Below are positions 35,209 through 44,537 of a DNA stretch of 64,000 nt, in pieces. The position numbers and the translations under genes are program-made. The notes below the pieces were generated by a model. The model saw only the letters and a program-made list of their open reading frames with translations, had not been told where the DNA came from and made no database searches. This stretch comes from a virus: the IMG/VR virus record IMGVR_UViG_3300049979_000188. The stretch is one strand, 5' to 3'. Numbering within the stretch: position 1 is the first letter of the stretch; each line of letters starts with the position of its first letter.

Positions 35209-35667
35209 TTAGCTCAGTGAATAGGCATGGCCTGGTACACTGCGACTGCGTCCTTGTAAACCCAGCGCCTCGTCGAGCAAGTGAATAAGCTGTAGACGAC
35301 TATCGTTTTCACTTACTGGGGCTGCCAAAAATCTGGCTTCCTGCGTATTGAGCCAATAAAGCGAGAACCCCAGCATTCGCAACTGCTCGACAGCCGAACT
35401 GTAGCGAATGGCGTAGTAAAGGTGGTGCTCACATTGGCGGGGGAAATAGAGCTGCTCATCGGGCGGCCCGTTGAAGTGATGCAATTCGATGGCCGCTAAC
35501 ACCAGAACCCCTAACAGGCACCCGCTAACGCGCCGCTTGTCAGCTGCCCCCTGGTAGGCAAGGGGCAGCTGCAAGTAGTCGTTTTTATCCACCACAAAGG
35601 TAGGGCGCTGAGCAATAGTACGCGCGTGCGCGAGTACCTCCAGGCGCAGGTACGCAATATCGTTCAT
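35209..35667 (-). CDS. hypothetical protein
   Basis: ORF tiling. Confidence 0.65.
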   Translation of the reverse strand: MNDIAYLRLEVLAHARTIAQRPTFVVDKNDYLQLPLAYQGAADKRRVSGCLLGVLVLAAIELHHFNGPPDEQLYFPRQCEHHLYYAIRYSSAVEQLRMLGFSLYWLNTQEARFLAAPVSENDSRLQLIHLLDEALGLQGRSRSVPGHAYSLS

Positions 35668-35673
35668 GCAGTA

Positions 35674-36189
35674 CTAGGCGACTTCAGCCTCCGTTTCTTC
35701 ATACTCAGGGTAGGCCGCTAGTATGGTCCGGTACTCACTGGCTAGCATCTCCACGAGCCCGGCTACTGGTTGAAAGTCGTCAACCAGGTCACTGAGGCTG
35801 ATAAGGATATGCGGACCCCGGTAGTGGAAGCTAGCCGTACGTATAAAACGGTCCTGGTAAACATCGGCCTTAAAGCCGATGAGCGCATTTACCTCAGCCA
35901 GCGTGACAAGCGGAAGGTTAGTCATGCGCGCTACCACTTCAGGGGCCACTTTTACGCCGGGCCGGTAGAAGCCCCCACCAGCCGATACCCAGTGTTTAGG
36001 TACTTTGCCTTTCTCGAAGGCAAGGGAGACAAGGCCACCGGCTGCGTTATCGTACGAATTATGACGGTACTGCGTAGCACCTAGCTCTTCGGCAAAGGCA
36101 TCGGCTTTGACGCGAGCTTCGTTCATGCGGGTCTGCACGGCGAGCAGCTCCGTATACAAGGAGCTGTTGGGGTCAACTTGGTAAAACAT
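35674..36189 (-). CDS. hypothetical protein
   Basis: start MFYQVD; ORF tiling. Confidence 0.7.
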   Translation of the reverse strand: MFYQVDPNSSLYTELLAVQTRMNEARVKADAFAEELGATQYRHNSYDNAAGGLVSLAFEKGKVPKHWVSAGGGFYRPGVKVAPEVVARMTNLPLVTLAEVNALIGFKADVYQDRFIRTASFHYRGPHILISLSDLVDDFQPVAGLVEMLASEYRTILAAYPEYEETEAEVA

Positions 36190-36199
36190 GGAGGTAAAA

Positions 36200-36571
36200 T
36201 TAAGTGGTTTCCCAGACAACCACTGGGCTGGTTAAAGAAGCAACAACAGGAACTAGCAACTTATCGGGGGGCCAGCAGCGCCCCATAATCCCGTTCTCCA
36301 GGTAAACCTTCCAGCATGGATACACTGAATCCAGTGCCGCGTCGTGGGCATCGTACATGGCCACGCCTAGAAATTCCAGCGTATACCAGTGATGCACCCG
36401 GTCCCCTTGCTTAATCTCAAAGCCCTTTCGCCAGGTGAAGTACTCCCCGTATTGCTTACGCTCCGCCGCACGCTGGCGACTAACCCGTAGCCGGCGCAGC
36501 TTCTCACCCCGGTAGAGGCGCAGCTGGTAATCAGCATCGAGCAGGCGCTCTAAACTTAGGTCAGGTAGCAT
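36200..36571 (-). CDS. hypothetical protein
   Basis: start MLPDLS; ORF tiling. Confidence 0.6.
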   Translation of the reverse strand: MLPDLSLERLLDADYQLRLYRGEKLRRLRVSRQRAAERKQYGEYFTWRKGFEIKQGDRVHHWYTLEFLGVAMYDAHDAALDSVYPCWKVYLENGIMGRCWPPDKLLVPVVASLTSPVVVWETT

Positions 36572-37001
36572 GATGGGAATGATGGAGGTTGATGAAATCG
36601 GCAATCTGCGTCGGGGTAAGCGCGGGGATGCCGTAGACCGAAATAAGCAACGGGTCGGTGGTTGCCAAAATTTTACGGCCTTCGTAGACCCAATTTACGC
36701 CTTCGCCTTCGTACCAACACGGATTTTGCGGTTCTTGCCGGCCAATGCCTACCACATAGTAGTCATTCACCTCAGCCCCCATGTCGTAGCAAACTGCCCA
36801 ACCACCGGGACCAGGGTCCACTTCTTCTTCAGCCACTTCGTGCAAATGAAAGAAGTGAAAGCCCCAGCCGGGAGCTGGGCGTTGCGTACTCGGCAAGGGA
36901 CCCTTACGAGGATTTGCGGTAAGCAGCAACAGAGCCCCCTCCGGGGTAGACCTTCGATGGGGGGCGGCTACAAGCGTCTTATGGATGGGGATGGGCGGCA
37001 C
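36561..37001 (-). CDS. hypothetical protein
   Basis: ORF tiling. Confidence 0.6.
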   Translation of the reverse strand: MPPIPIHKTLVAAPHRRSTPEGALLLLTANPRKGPLPSTQRPAPGWGFHFFHLHEVAEEEVDPGPGGWAVCYDMGAEVNDYYVVGIGRQEPQNPCWYEGEGVNWVYEGRKILATTDPLLISVYGIPALTPTQIADFINLHHSHHAT

Positions 37002-37446
37002 GTATAGACAAGGGTTGAATGTAAGCTAAACCAAATCCGCCGGCCTGACCTTCTACACTCACGAGTACGTCCTCCAGGTTAGGGACCCAGGCTGGTGAGC
37101 GTGTGCGGGTAGGTTGACTAGTGAATACGGTAGTTGCTTCGTCGCAATTGACCACCAGCACGGAAGTGCCAACTGGGTAGGCTGCGTTAAAGGCATCAGC
37201 CTGGGCCTGCAGGCGGGCGAACTTATGCGTATCACGCCAGTAGCGACGTGCATCTTCAGCCGCTTCTACCACGGGGATGTCAGCCTCCGGTGCCCGTTTA
37301 ACTTGCAGCTCAATGTAGGCCAGCGTGTGACCGCAGTCACGGGCCTCACGGTGCGCCGTTGCCCGAGCTTTGCTAGCCGAGACAGCGGCTAGTAGGATAG
37401 GCCCAAAACCCGGCGCCTGGCACCGAAAAGCCTTAAGCTTGCTCAT
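36979..37446 (-). CDS. hypothetical protein
   Basis: FNAAYPVGT.V...TRTRSPAW.. phage-type motif. Confidence 0.65.
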   Translation of the reverse strand: MSKLKAFRCQAPGFGPILLAAVSASKARATAHREARDCGHTLAYIELQVKRAPEADIPVVEAAEDARRYWRDTHKFARLQAQADAFNAAYPVGTSVLVVNCDEATTVFTSQPTRTRSPAWVPNLEDVLVSVEGQAGGFGLAYIQPLSIRAAHPHP

Positions 37447-37873
37447 CGGCGGTACGGATAGGCAGAAGCGTGCGACCCCGGTTATAGTGGGGGATAGGGT
37501 CAGGCACGGGAATGAGTACCCGGTAATCGTAATCTACCTGCTGGCCCTTGTAGTAGTAGGCACTATCGGAATAGCTGCTTTCGGTCTCTTCATTCTCGTC
37601 AGGCTCTACTACAACCACATCTAGCAAGGCAATTTCTTCGGGCGAGAGTTCACTAATTTCGCATTCACGAGCCGCCGTAACCTCGTACACACTTGCCTGC
37701 GGGTGATGACCCAGGGCCGCATCAAGCTCGTGGAGCTGAGCCACAAAACGGTGTTGCCACTCCAGGGGCATGGACTGCAGCAAGGTGCGCGGCAAGACCA
37801 GGTAGTTGGAGTAGGTAAGCGAGAACCACGTGTGGATGTCCATCGGTTCTTCCGGCAAAGATTGGGGGTCCAT
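37433..37873 (-). CDS. conserved phage hypothetical protein
   Basis: IHTWFSLTYSNYLVLPRTLLQSMP.EWQ.RF motif, ending in PHYNRG. Confidence 0.7.
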   Translation of the reverse strand: MDPQSLPEEPMDIHTWFSLTYSNYLVLPRTLLQSMPLEWQHRFVAQLHELDAALGHHPQASVYEVTAARECEISELSPEEIALLDVVVVEPDENEETESSYSDSAYYYKGQQVDYDYRVLIPVPDPIPHYNRGRTLLPIRTADEQA

Positions 37874-37903
37874 GAGTAACCTAACTGAAGTGAGAATCTC
37901 CCT

Positions 37904-37932
37904 GGTTACGTAAAAAAAGGTGTCTTCGTTAC
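37904..37932 (-). promoter_or_regulatory. phage ECF-like promoter motif copy
   Basis: GTAACG-N16-CGTAACC. Confidence 0.7.
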
Positions 37933-37945
37933 CGGCCCTAAAGCC

Positions 37946-37973
37946 AAAAGCCCTGCTTAGATAGCAGGGCTTT
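37946..37973 (-). terminator. intrinsic terminator
   Basis: AAAGCCCTGCT/AGCAGGGCTTT. Confidence 0.75.
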
Positions 37974-38009
37974 CAACTAGATACTGACCACGATGTTCGT
38001 ACGAGAAGG

Positions 38010-38648
38010 TTACCGCCGCGGGTTACGAGCTTTGCGACGAGCGTTCTTTTCGTTAAGTGCCCAGTTTTGCTGACCCTCAATTTCAAAAAGACGCATGCCC
38101 GGGCGACTGGCTAACGGCCGCGGCGCAGGCGGGACTGGCGCAGACAAGCTGGTGCTCACTTGTGCCCCCGTGGAGAGGGCCGCGCCTGGCCCGAGCAGCA
38201 AGCGTTGTAAATTACGTAGTTGATTCATGGTTTCGTTTCCTATGGATTCACTGTAGCTAGTAAGCATGTGCTGCGTATGCGTAAGCTGAGCTTGGGCTAA
38301 GACCACCTGCTGCTGGTACTCAGTCTGAGGAGTAGCTTGCATAGCGCTTCTTTTTAAACTCGGCGTAAGGGGTCTAAGCAACTCGGTTAAGGATACGAAA
38401 GGTCGCAGGGCCGTAAAGTCGTACTGCGTAAAACGTTTTGACCTTACCCGCCCATAGTCAAGTTGAGCGGCCGGGACCTGAGCCAGGTTCTTACGGGCGA
38501 CGTGGTCAGCTTGATATGTCCAGCCAGCAAGCATAACCGCGGGTGCTAAGCCCATGTAGCCGTACTTACGTGACTCGGGCTCCGGATTAAGCGGCGGTAG
38601 TAGCAAACCCAAGGGCATTTTTTGCTCGAAGCTGGCGTGATTTAGCAT
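38010..38648 (-). CDS. hypothetical protein
   Basis: 212-aa ORF. Confidence 0.65.
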   Translation of the reverse strand: MLNHASFEQKMPLGLLLPPLNPEPESRKYGYMGLAPAVMLAGWTYQADHVARKNLAQVPAAQLDYGRVRSKRFTQYDFTALRPFVSLTELLRPLTPSLKRSAMQATPQTEYQQQVVLAQAQLTHTQHMLTSYSESIGNETMNQLRNLQRLLLGPGAALSTGAQVSTSLSAPVPPAPRPLASRPGMRLFEIEGQQNWALNEKNARRKARNPRR

Positions 38649-39232
38649 GGACGAAGCGCTTGTAACTGTTGACGTATAAGATGGCCATCGGTGCCAGGCA
38701 GGCGGGAGAGAAGCGCATTAGCATGCAGGTAGATAGCGACCAGGGCACAGGGCCACATCCCGTCGAAGAGGGGGTGGTAAAAAAGCGCCGTGCACCAGAG
38801 TAAACTGGCCGTTAACCCACTTAGCGGACCGGCAGCGTAAACAACTAGCAAATGAGCCGGTCCAACGCCTTCGTGGGAACCACTCACCTCACCGCACATC
38901 TCACGCAATGAAAAGTAACAAGCTATACCCAGTAAGTGACAGGTCGGGGGAGTATGCGCACTGGCTCGACTGTCGGTACCCACGCAAAACTTATTAGGCT
39001 GCATGCCCAGGTGCAGCGCGGCCAGTAGATGGGCGAGCTCATGCAGAAAACAAGTGCCCCACATTAACAGCCACCCAAGTAGGGAATTCACTATCACTAG
39101 GCCCACGAACGCGGCCACCGTACGATACTCCTCAAAGACGTGCATGAGTAAGTATACGAAAAACAAAGCCAGCATGTTACTGCTGGCTCGGAGGGAATTA
39201 GTGACCTGCGCTGCTGAGCACGAGTTTCGCAC
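38642..39232 (-). CDS. M50-family (site-2) intramembrane metalloprotease
   Basis: FLHELAH (HExxH), F.VG, YAAGP, ...PGTDG. Confidence 0.75.
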   Translation of the reverse strand: MRNSCSAAQVTNSLRASSNMLALFFVYLLMHVFEEYRTVAAFVGLVIVNSLLGWLLMWGTCFLHELAHLLAALHLGMQPNKFCVGTDSRASAHTPPTCHLLGIACYFSLREMCGEVSGSHEGVGPAHLLVVYAAGPLSGLTASLLWCTALFYHPLFDGMWPCALVAIYLHANALLSRLPGTDGHLIRQQLQALRPC

Positions 39233-39476
39233 CGACGTCCTGCAGCTGGACCTTGTGGTAGCGATAACCAGGGGTGGGTGGCGTTTGCTGATAAGCGGCC
39301 AGAATACGGGTCGCCGTATCAGGCCAGGGTTTACCGAAGGTACCTTGCTCGTAGCGCATGGCCTCTACGCCGGCCTGGCCGTTGGGGGCGGTATAATGGG
39401 CTTCCACTACGAGGCGACGGGGACGGTCAACGCTACGGTCTGCACGAGCGGAGGAAACGGAAGGGCGAGGAAACAT
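39198..39476 (-). CDS. hypothetical protein
   Basis: ORF tiling. Confidence 0.5.
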   Translation of the reverse strand: MFPRPSVSSARADRSVDRPRRLVVEAHYTAPNGQAGVEAMRYEQGTFGKPWPDTATRILAAYQQTPPTPGYRYHKVQLQDVGAKLVLSSAGH

Positions 39477-39501
39477 GGGAGAATGATGTTGGAATTAAGT
39501 A

Positions 39502-39529
39502 AAGTACGAAAAAACCCTGTCGTTGTTAC
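39502..39529 (-). promoter_or_regulatory. phage ECF-like promoter variant inside a terminator hairpin
   Basis: GTAACA-N15-CGTACTT; AAAACCCTGTCGT/ACGACAGGGTTTT stem. Confidence 0.5.
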
Positions 39530-39547
39530 GACAGGGTTTTGATAAAC

Positions 39548-40252
39548 TTACGATTTAGGACCAAAGACGTCATTGTAAAAGCCTGCCACCAGTAGGCTCA
39601 AGACAATGAGTATGCCTATAATAGTAAAGCAGGTAATCAGCTTGCTATTTGCTCGACGCCCAGTGGCTAATTGGTAACCAGCAATTACAACACGCCCGCC
39701 ATCAAAGGGTAGAACGGGGAGCATGTTGAAGATGGCCACCGAAATAGAGAGCAAGGAGACTTGCACGCAAAACTTGATGAGTGTGGCGTTTTCCATAAAG
39801 GTATAATTACCTTTAATCGTATTGTGGCGGTAGATGTCACCTGGCTGGTGCGCAAATAGCTGGTAAATACGCTCCAGCAAGAGCGTGAAGATATGCCACC
39901 CGCCGCGGACAGCATCCAGGGGGCCGGCGCCGTGAAGTAACCCGGCGGCAAACAAGGCGAGTAAAGTTAACCCTACACTCGCCGCTGGCCCAGCCAGGGC
40001 CACCAGCAATTGCTGCCAGGCTGGCACGTCAACGTATTTACGGTGCGTGTCATCGTAGCGCACATAGCCGCCGAATAAGATGGGTGCAATGCGAAACGCG
40101 GTACCACCCTGATTGAAAAGGGTGTAAGTTGGGCCGATGCCGATGGTGAGGTCTCGCACCGGGAGCTTGAAGAGCCGCATGGTAAAGAAATGCCCGAGTT
40201 CGTGAAAGAGGATGGCCAGACTGATGATGAGCTGCGAGAGGATTAAATTCAT
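39548..40252 (-). CDS. M50-family RseP-like site-2 protease without a PDZ domain
   Basis: LFHELGHF, IGIGP, GGYV, LAGP, FNMLPVLPFDGG. Confidence 0.9.
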   Translation of the reverse strand: MNLILSQLIISLAILFHELGHFFTMRLFKLPVRDLTIGIGPTYTLFNQGGTAFRIAPILFGGYVRYDDTHRKYVDVPAWQQLLVALAGPAASVGLTLLALFAAGLLHGAGPLDAVRGGWHIFTLLLERIYQLFAHQPGDIYRHNTIKGNYTFMENATLIKFCVQVSLLSISVAIFNMLPVLPFDGGRVVIAGYQLATGRRANSKLITCFTIIGILIVLSLLVAGFYNDVFGPKS

Positions 40253-40260
40253 AGCTATGC

Positions 40261-40527
40261 TTAATCCTTGGCTTCGAGTGCTTGATTAAGCGTGGCAACG
40301 AGCTTACGTGCTTTCTCGTAAGCAGGGCCCGGGTCCTTGCTCTGACCTTTCACCTTTTGAATGATTTTACTACGCTTCAGGCCCTTACCGCCAGACTTGG
40401 CCACCCACTGGAAAATACCCAGCGTGAAGCTTTCCCAGTTAGCTGTTAACCCCGTATGCGGGGCACAGGCGCCGTCAAAATCATACTGGTTTAGTTGCGG
40501 ATTAACCGCGTGTTCAGTGGCGTTCAT
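40261..40527 (-). CDS. hypothetical protein
   Basis: ORF tiling. Confidence 0.6.
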   Translation of the reverse strand: MNATEHAVNPQLNQYDFDGACAPHTGLTANWESFTLGIFQWVAKSGGKGLKRSKIIQKVKGQSKDPGPAYEKARKLVATLNQALEAKD

Positions 40528-40546
40528 GCGAAAAATTAAAAGAAGA

Positions 40547-40918
40547 TTACTGGTTAGTAGACTCAGCGGGAGCCGGGGGTTTCAGGTCCAGGTTAGGTCG
40601 GATGCGATGGGCCCATTTCTGGTAGAAGCCATGGACCTCGGCCACCTTGCTTTCAACTAGTTGGCGGATTCCTTTGCTGCGTTTGTTAGCTGTCTGCAAG
40701 AAGGTCTGCATGGTGAGCTGCATGTTCATGTCCAGCACCAACTCCCGGTTCTCAGCGCGCTCAGCGGCCAAGAGGCCCAAAAGATTGGGGACAATTTGCG
40801 CATCTTCGGAGAGCCATTGAAATGCCGCTTCTTTAAGCGTAGACTCGTCGATAACTCCTGCGCGAAAGAGCAAGGCTGCTTCCACAAAGGTATCTAGTTT
40901 ACCGGAGGTGTTTGCCAT
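40547..40918 (-). CDS. hypothetical protein
   Basis: ORF tiling. Confidence 0.65.
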   Translation of the reverse strand: MANTSGKLDTFVEAALLFRAGVIDESTLKEAAFQWLSEDAQIVPNLLGLLAAERAENRELVLDMNMQLTMQTFLQTANKRSKGIRQLVESKVAEVHGFYQKWAHRIRPNLDLKPPAPAESTNQ

Positions 40919-40929
40919 TGTGGTAGGAT

Positions 40930-41667
40930 TTATTTCTCGGGTAATGGCTCGCTAGCCGGCAGCAACTTGCGCGAGACGTAGAACCAGTAGCGCTGGTAAG
41001 TGGTCTGAATAGCCTTGAACTGCTTTTCCAATGCTTTGTGAAACTTAGACTCCGGCCCTTTGCTTTCGAGTAGATGACCCAGTAAACTGTGCTGCTTCAT
41101 GACGCCGGCAAACATGTGGATAAGCTCGTGCTCGCGCTGCTCTTCCAGAATTTCACGACCTGCTTGACAAAGTTGGCCTAAATCATAAACTAGTTGTTTA
41201 CGGGCCGCTTTGGGGAGTTTATTATCAGGTGTTTCTACGGTGTATATCTTAATCTTCTTGGTATGCAGCTCATGGGCAAAGGTTTCAATCCGGTTGAAAC
41301 TTTCGCGCAAAGTAGGGTACTGCTGCAGGTAGCTCGGGCGCTCACGCTCCTTATTGGCCTGTAGGGCATTAACCAGCATCGTTACATGCATAAGGGGAAG
41401 CTCCCCGTAACCAATGTTTTTAAGTACGGGTTCCTCGCTCAGGGGCCCTTCGCAACGGACAACCAATTTGGGCTCCCACAAAGGGTCCCCTTCCAAGGTG
41501 GGACTTACGCTGAAGAGGCGCACGGCGTATACTTGCACCAGTTCACCACGGTTAGTTACTAGCTGGTGGTAGAAGGGAAGTGCGTAGTCCTGGTCAGTGG
41601 TGGCCGAGAGCACAAAGCGTTCGAGCTGGAGCCAAGGTTCATGCTGGGGGTCTGTGGTGTGTGGCAT
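40930..41667 (-). CDS. hypothetical protein
   Basis: 245-aa ORF downstream of a promoter motif. Confidence 0.7.
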   Translation of the reverse strand: MPHTTDPQHEPWLQLERFVLSATTDQDYALPFYHQLVTNRGELVQVYAVRLFSVSPTLEGDPLWEPKLVVRCEGPLSEEPVLKNIGYGELPLMHVTMLVNALQANKERERPSYLQQYPTLRESFNRIETFAHELHTKKIKIYTVETPDNKLPKAARKQLVYDLGQLCQAGREILEEQREHELIHMFAGVMKQHSLLGHLLESKGPESKFHKALEKQFKAIQTTYQRYWFYVSRKLLPASEPLPEK

Positions 41668-41694
41668 GGTACAAGAATGGTTGGTTTCTGATTA

Positions 41695-41723
41695 GTTTAC
41701 GCTTTCCCGGAGCCCGGCGTTAC
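41695..41723 (-). promoter_or_regulatory. phage ECF-like promoter motif copy
   Basis: GTAACG-N16-CGTAAAC; near-identical to the copy at 55204. Confidence 0.78.
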
Positions 41724-41733
41724 GCCCCTAACC

Positions 41734-41767
41734 AAAAACAGCCCCGGACGCTGGCCCGGGGCTGTTT
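41734..41767 (-). terminator. intrinsic terminator
   Basis: AAACAGCCCCGG/CCGGGGCTGTTT after DUF932. Confidence 0.8.
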
Positions 41768-41788
41768 GCTAGCTTAGCGGTGCGCTTA

Positions 41789-42796
41789 CTACCGGCCCAT
41801 GGCCAGGGCCATGTTGAAGGACTTTTCCATCAGGCGCGCGTCATCACCGAGCAGCAGCTGGCTCATGGTGCCCTCCGTGCTCCGGTACTCCTTCACGTTT
41901 TGGAAGAAGCCGGTGATGCCCTGGTACGCCTGGTAGGCTGTGCCGGGGAACATTTGCTGGCCACCGCTCTCGCCGTAGAGGTAATTTTTCACCTCGTTGC
42001 GAATATTGGTCGCGCGGGTGGAGGTATCCTTGCCCTTTTCCTCAGACTCCGAAGAGAACAAGGCTTTGATGTAGGCATCTACCTGGGTTTCACTAACTCG
42101 GGTGTGAGCCATTTGGGTAAGGGCGGCACCCATTTCCTCTTTGAACATGTCGTAGAGACCCATGAGCTGGCCAGCCTGCTTAAGGCGCATCTCGGCCGTT
42201 TTGGTGTGGGAAATACGGACCCGGTTGCTGTTGTTTTTCATGGCCATCATCAGCGTGTTTCGGCATACTGTGCGTACTGGTGACAAAAGTGCCTGAATGC
42301 TACCGCTACCATCGTGAGAATTGATAAGTATTACGTAGGGTTCAATCTCATCGCCGGGTACAAAAATGTGCGGAGGCATCTTGGCGGTAATGAACGTCTG
42401 ACGCCCGCCACCCAGCACCCCGGCGGTTTCGATAACGGCCTCGCCAGCACCCACGATGGAATCAAAGAACGAGAAGGCTGCCTCATTCTGGCAGATAGCA
42501 TACTTCTTACCTACGACACCCAGGGGCTCATTTGTGTCGGTGCGGTAGTTTACGAACTGGTCTGGGACCATGCGCATGATAGATTGCTTTTCGTCGCCGA
42601 AGTCCACCATGACCGGGCGACGGTCCACCTTAAAGTCCATGCCAGCCAGGTGCAATGCCTCGGCAACCGTAGCCGGGCGGTCCAGGCGCTGACCAAGCCC
42701 GTGCCAGGGTAGCTCGCGGATTGCTTGGTTGGCGGAGAGCATAGCGGTTTTACCGGCGAGGTCTCCCTTCTGGATAGTGGCTAAATCGTGGGCCAT
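41789..42796 (-). CDS. DUF932 (LGT_TIGR03299-like) phage/plasmid protein
   Basis: LPWHGLG...YRTDT...LGVVG..Y...QN..AF.FFD...ETAG.L.GG...LINSHDGS..R.VC.NTL...HT. Confidence 0.9.
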   Translation of the reverse strand: MAHDLATIQKGDLAGKTAMLSANQAIRELPWHGLGQRLDRPATVAEALHLAGMDFKVDRRPVMVDFGDEKQSIMRMVPDQFVNYRTDTNEPLGVVGKKYAICQNEAAFSFFDSIVGAGEAVIETAGVLGGGRQTFITAKMPPHIFVPGDEIEPYVILINSHDGSGSIQALLSPVRTVCRNTLMMAMKNNSNRVRISHTKTAEMRLKQAGQLMGLYDMFKEEMGAALTQMAHTRVSETQVDAYIKALFSSESEEKGKDTSTRATNIRNEVKNYLYGESGGQQMFPGTAYQAYQGITGFFQNVKEYRSTEGTMSQLLLGDDARLMEKSFNMALAMGR

Positions 42797-42815
42797 GTGA
42801 TGTGGTAGGTTTTTT

Positions 42816-42880
42816 ATAAACGCTGTGTTGCGATTATAGGTCAGTTTACGGAGAGCCCGCGGGTTATGTTACGCGAGCCC
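42816..42880. repeat. imperfect 65-bp direct repeat, copy 1 (contains a promoter motif at 42844-42872)
   Basis: about 50/65 identical to 44056-44120 by hand alignment. Confidence 0.8.
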
Positions 42881-43791
42881 TGCGTTTTTTTTTCTACTCG
42901 CTTCACAGCCCAATCCCACTTGTAACCATAATCACGCACAATAGCTTGGGGACACTCCCCTATAAAAGCAAAGAACTTGGCTGTATTTTCTGCGGGGCGA
43001 GGTAAATGAAGCTGTGGATTGTAGGAAGCGACCCCCTTGAACGTTTGCCGGTGCTTCTGCACACGAAATGGTAGACCTAGTGTATTGAGCTTCGCAGCGA
43101 GCGCCTCACATTCATTCCACGTGAATCCATTTGTGCATAGTACAACTCGACTGTACTGATACTCCCCTTTTCCTCGGGAACGACTACTGGTAATCTTAAG
43201 CAATGTCCCATCACCAATAAACCAGTGTAGCAAAACAGTTGCTGTAATAAGTAAATCAGTGGGTGGATGCTTTACCCCGTTCACGTACCATCGTTGTCGA
43301 TAGTCGAGTAACTCACGGTAGAACCTAGTCTTAGCTCGAAAGGAGTATGTATCACGCAAGTTATACAATCCATTTGCATGGGTGGTAGGTGGTGTTACAC
43401 GCGAGGTGATATTACCGGCACGAGCAAGTCCAAGCTCACCCAGGCGCGAGAAGAGCCATTGCAAATAGCCCTCTTTCGCAGTGCAGTAAGAAAACACACC
43501 AGAGCGACTTGCTTCTTTACGCAGACTATCCCCCCACGTAATAGAACCATCCCCCAGTAGTTCACCTGTCAGAATTTCATCCAACTCTGGTGTGATGGTG
43601 ACATAATTAGCTGGGGCATAAGTTAGGTTCACCCCAGATGGATTAGCGAGTATCCCGTAGTGGTTAAGCCACTTCTTTACCAAGGGTACACTACCTTGGT
43701 AATATGCAGCTACGCCTCGCAAACTCAAACCTTGCGTCTGGTAGAGGTCAACTAATTCTTCTTTTAGGGGTACTTCACGTAGTTTTGGCAT
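42841..43791 (-). mobile_element. free-standing LAGLIDADG homing endonuclease gene with an N-terminal HTH
   Basis: ILTGELLGDGSI and LLHWFIGDG motifs, LCTNGFT..E...L...L; visibly more AT-rich than its flanks. Confidence 0.85.
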
Positions 43792-43838
43792 AACACAAAG
43801 TTATGTATTAGTTGTCACTCTCACTAATAGGTGTTAAT

Positions 43839-43870
43839 AAAAAAAGTCTTCCTGGTAACCAGGAAGACTT
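43839..43870 (-). terminator. intrinsic terminator
   Basis: AAGTCTTCCTGG/CCAGGAAGACTT plus U-tract. Confidence 0.75.
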
Positions 43871-43890
43871 CCACTATAATAAGAAAGTAC

Positions 43891-43926
43891 TATTGAACAC
43901 TGTCAGTATATTGAATACCGTCAGTA
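43891..43926. repeat. 18-bp tandem repeat x2
   Basis: TATTGAACACTGTCAGTA / TATTGAATACCGTCAGTA. Confidence 0.75.
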
Positions 43927-44055
43927 TCGAGACGCAGGTAACAGGGGGGACTATTCTTTGTCAGCTTACGCAGAATAGCTTTAGCACGAGTAGTTATACG
44001 GCGTGCCGTCTTTGGGTCATAAAGAATTACCTTTGACATAATAAAACGGTTTATC

Positions 44056-44120
44056 ATAAACGCTGCGTTGCGCTGACAAAGAAGTTTACGCAGAGCCCGG
44101 CGATAGTGTTACGCGAGCTC
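44056..44120. repeat. imperfect 65-bp direct repeat, copy 2 (contains a promoter motif at 44084-44112)
   Basis: see 42816-42880; GTAACA-N16-CGTAAAC on the minus strand. Confidence 0.8.
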
Positions 44121-44144
44121 GGTCTTTTTTCGGGTCAGCACATA

Positions 44145-44179
44145 AAAAAAACCATCCACCTTACTTGGATGGTTTTTTT
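44145..44179. terminator. intrinsic terminator
   Basis: AAAAAAACCATCCA/TGGATGGTTTTTTT. Confidence 0.8.
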
Positions 44180-44189
44180 GACTCGTAAA

Positions 44190-44531
44190 TTACCGGTATT
44201 TGGTAACCAGGTGAAATTCTGGCTCGACGTGTAGGCCGTAGTGCTTGGCTATCCCACGCTTGACGGCTAGCATTTGCTCGTAGCTGGGTTGCTTCAAGCA
44301 AAGGGGGCCGCTATCGGCCAGGTACTGGTCAGCCGCACTTTTAGCGATAACCATGCCCACTACATGAAATTCACCCGACATGTAATCCACTACGGGGAAG
44401 ATACCATCCAAGTGCTCGGGTAAGAGGGCCTGGTAGGGATTATCGCGCAGCTCCTCCAACGCTTCCGGGGTGGACGTATCAGCCGGCAGACTCACCCCGT
44501 AGACGAGGTATTGATTGACACTCGTGCTCAT
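44190..44531 (-). CDS. hypothetical protein
   Basis: ORF tiling. Confidence 0.7.
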   Translation of the reverse strand: MSTSVNQYLVYGVSLPADTSTPEALEELRDNPYQALLPEHLDGIFPVVDYMSGEFHVVGMVIAKSAADQYLADSGPLCLKQPSYEQMLAVKRGIAKHYGLHVEPEFHLVTKYR

Positions 44532-44537
44532 GAGAAG

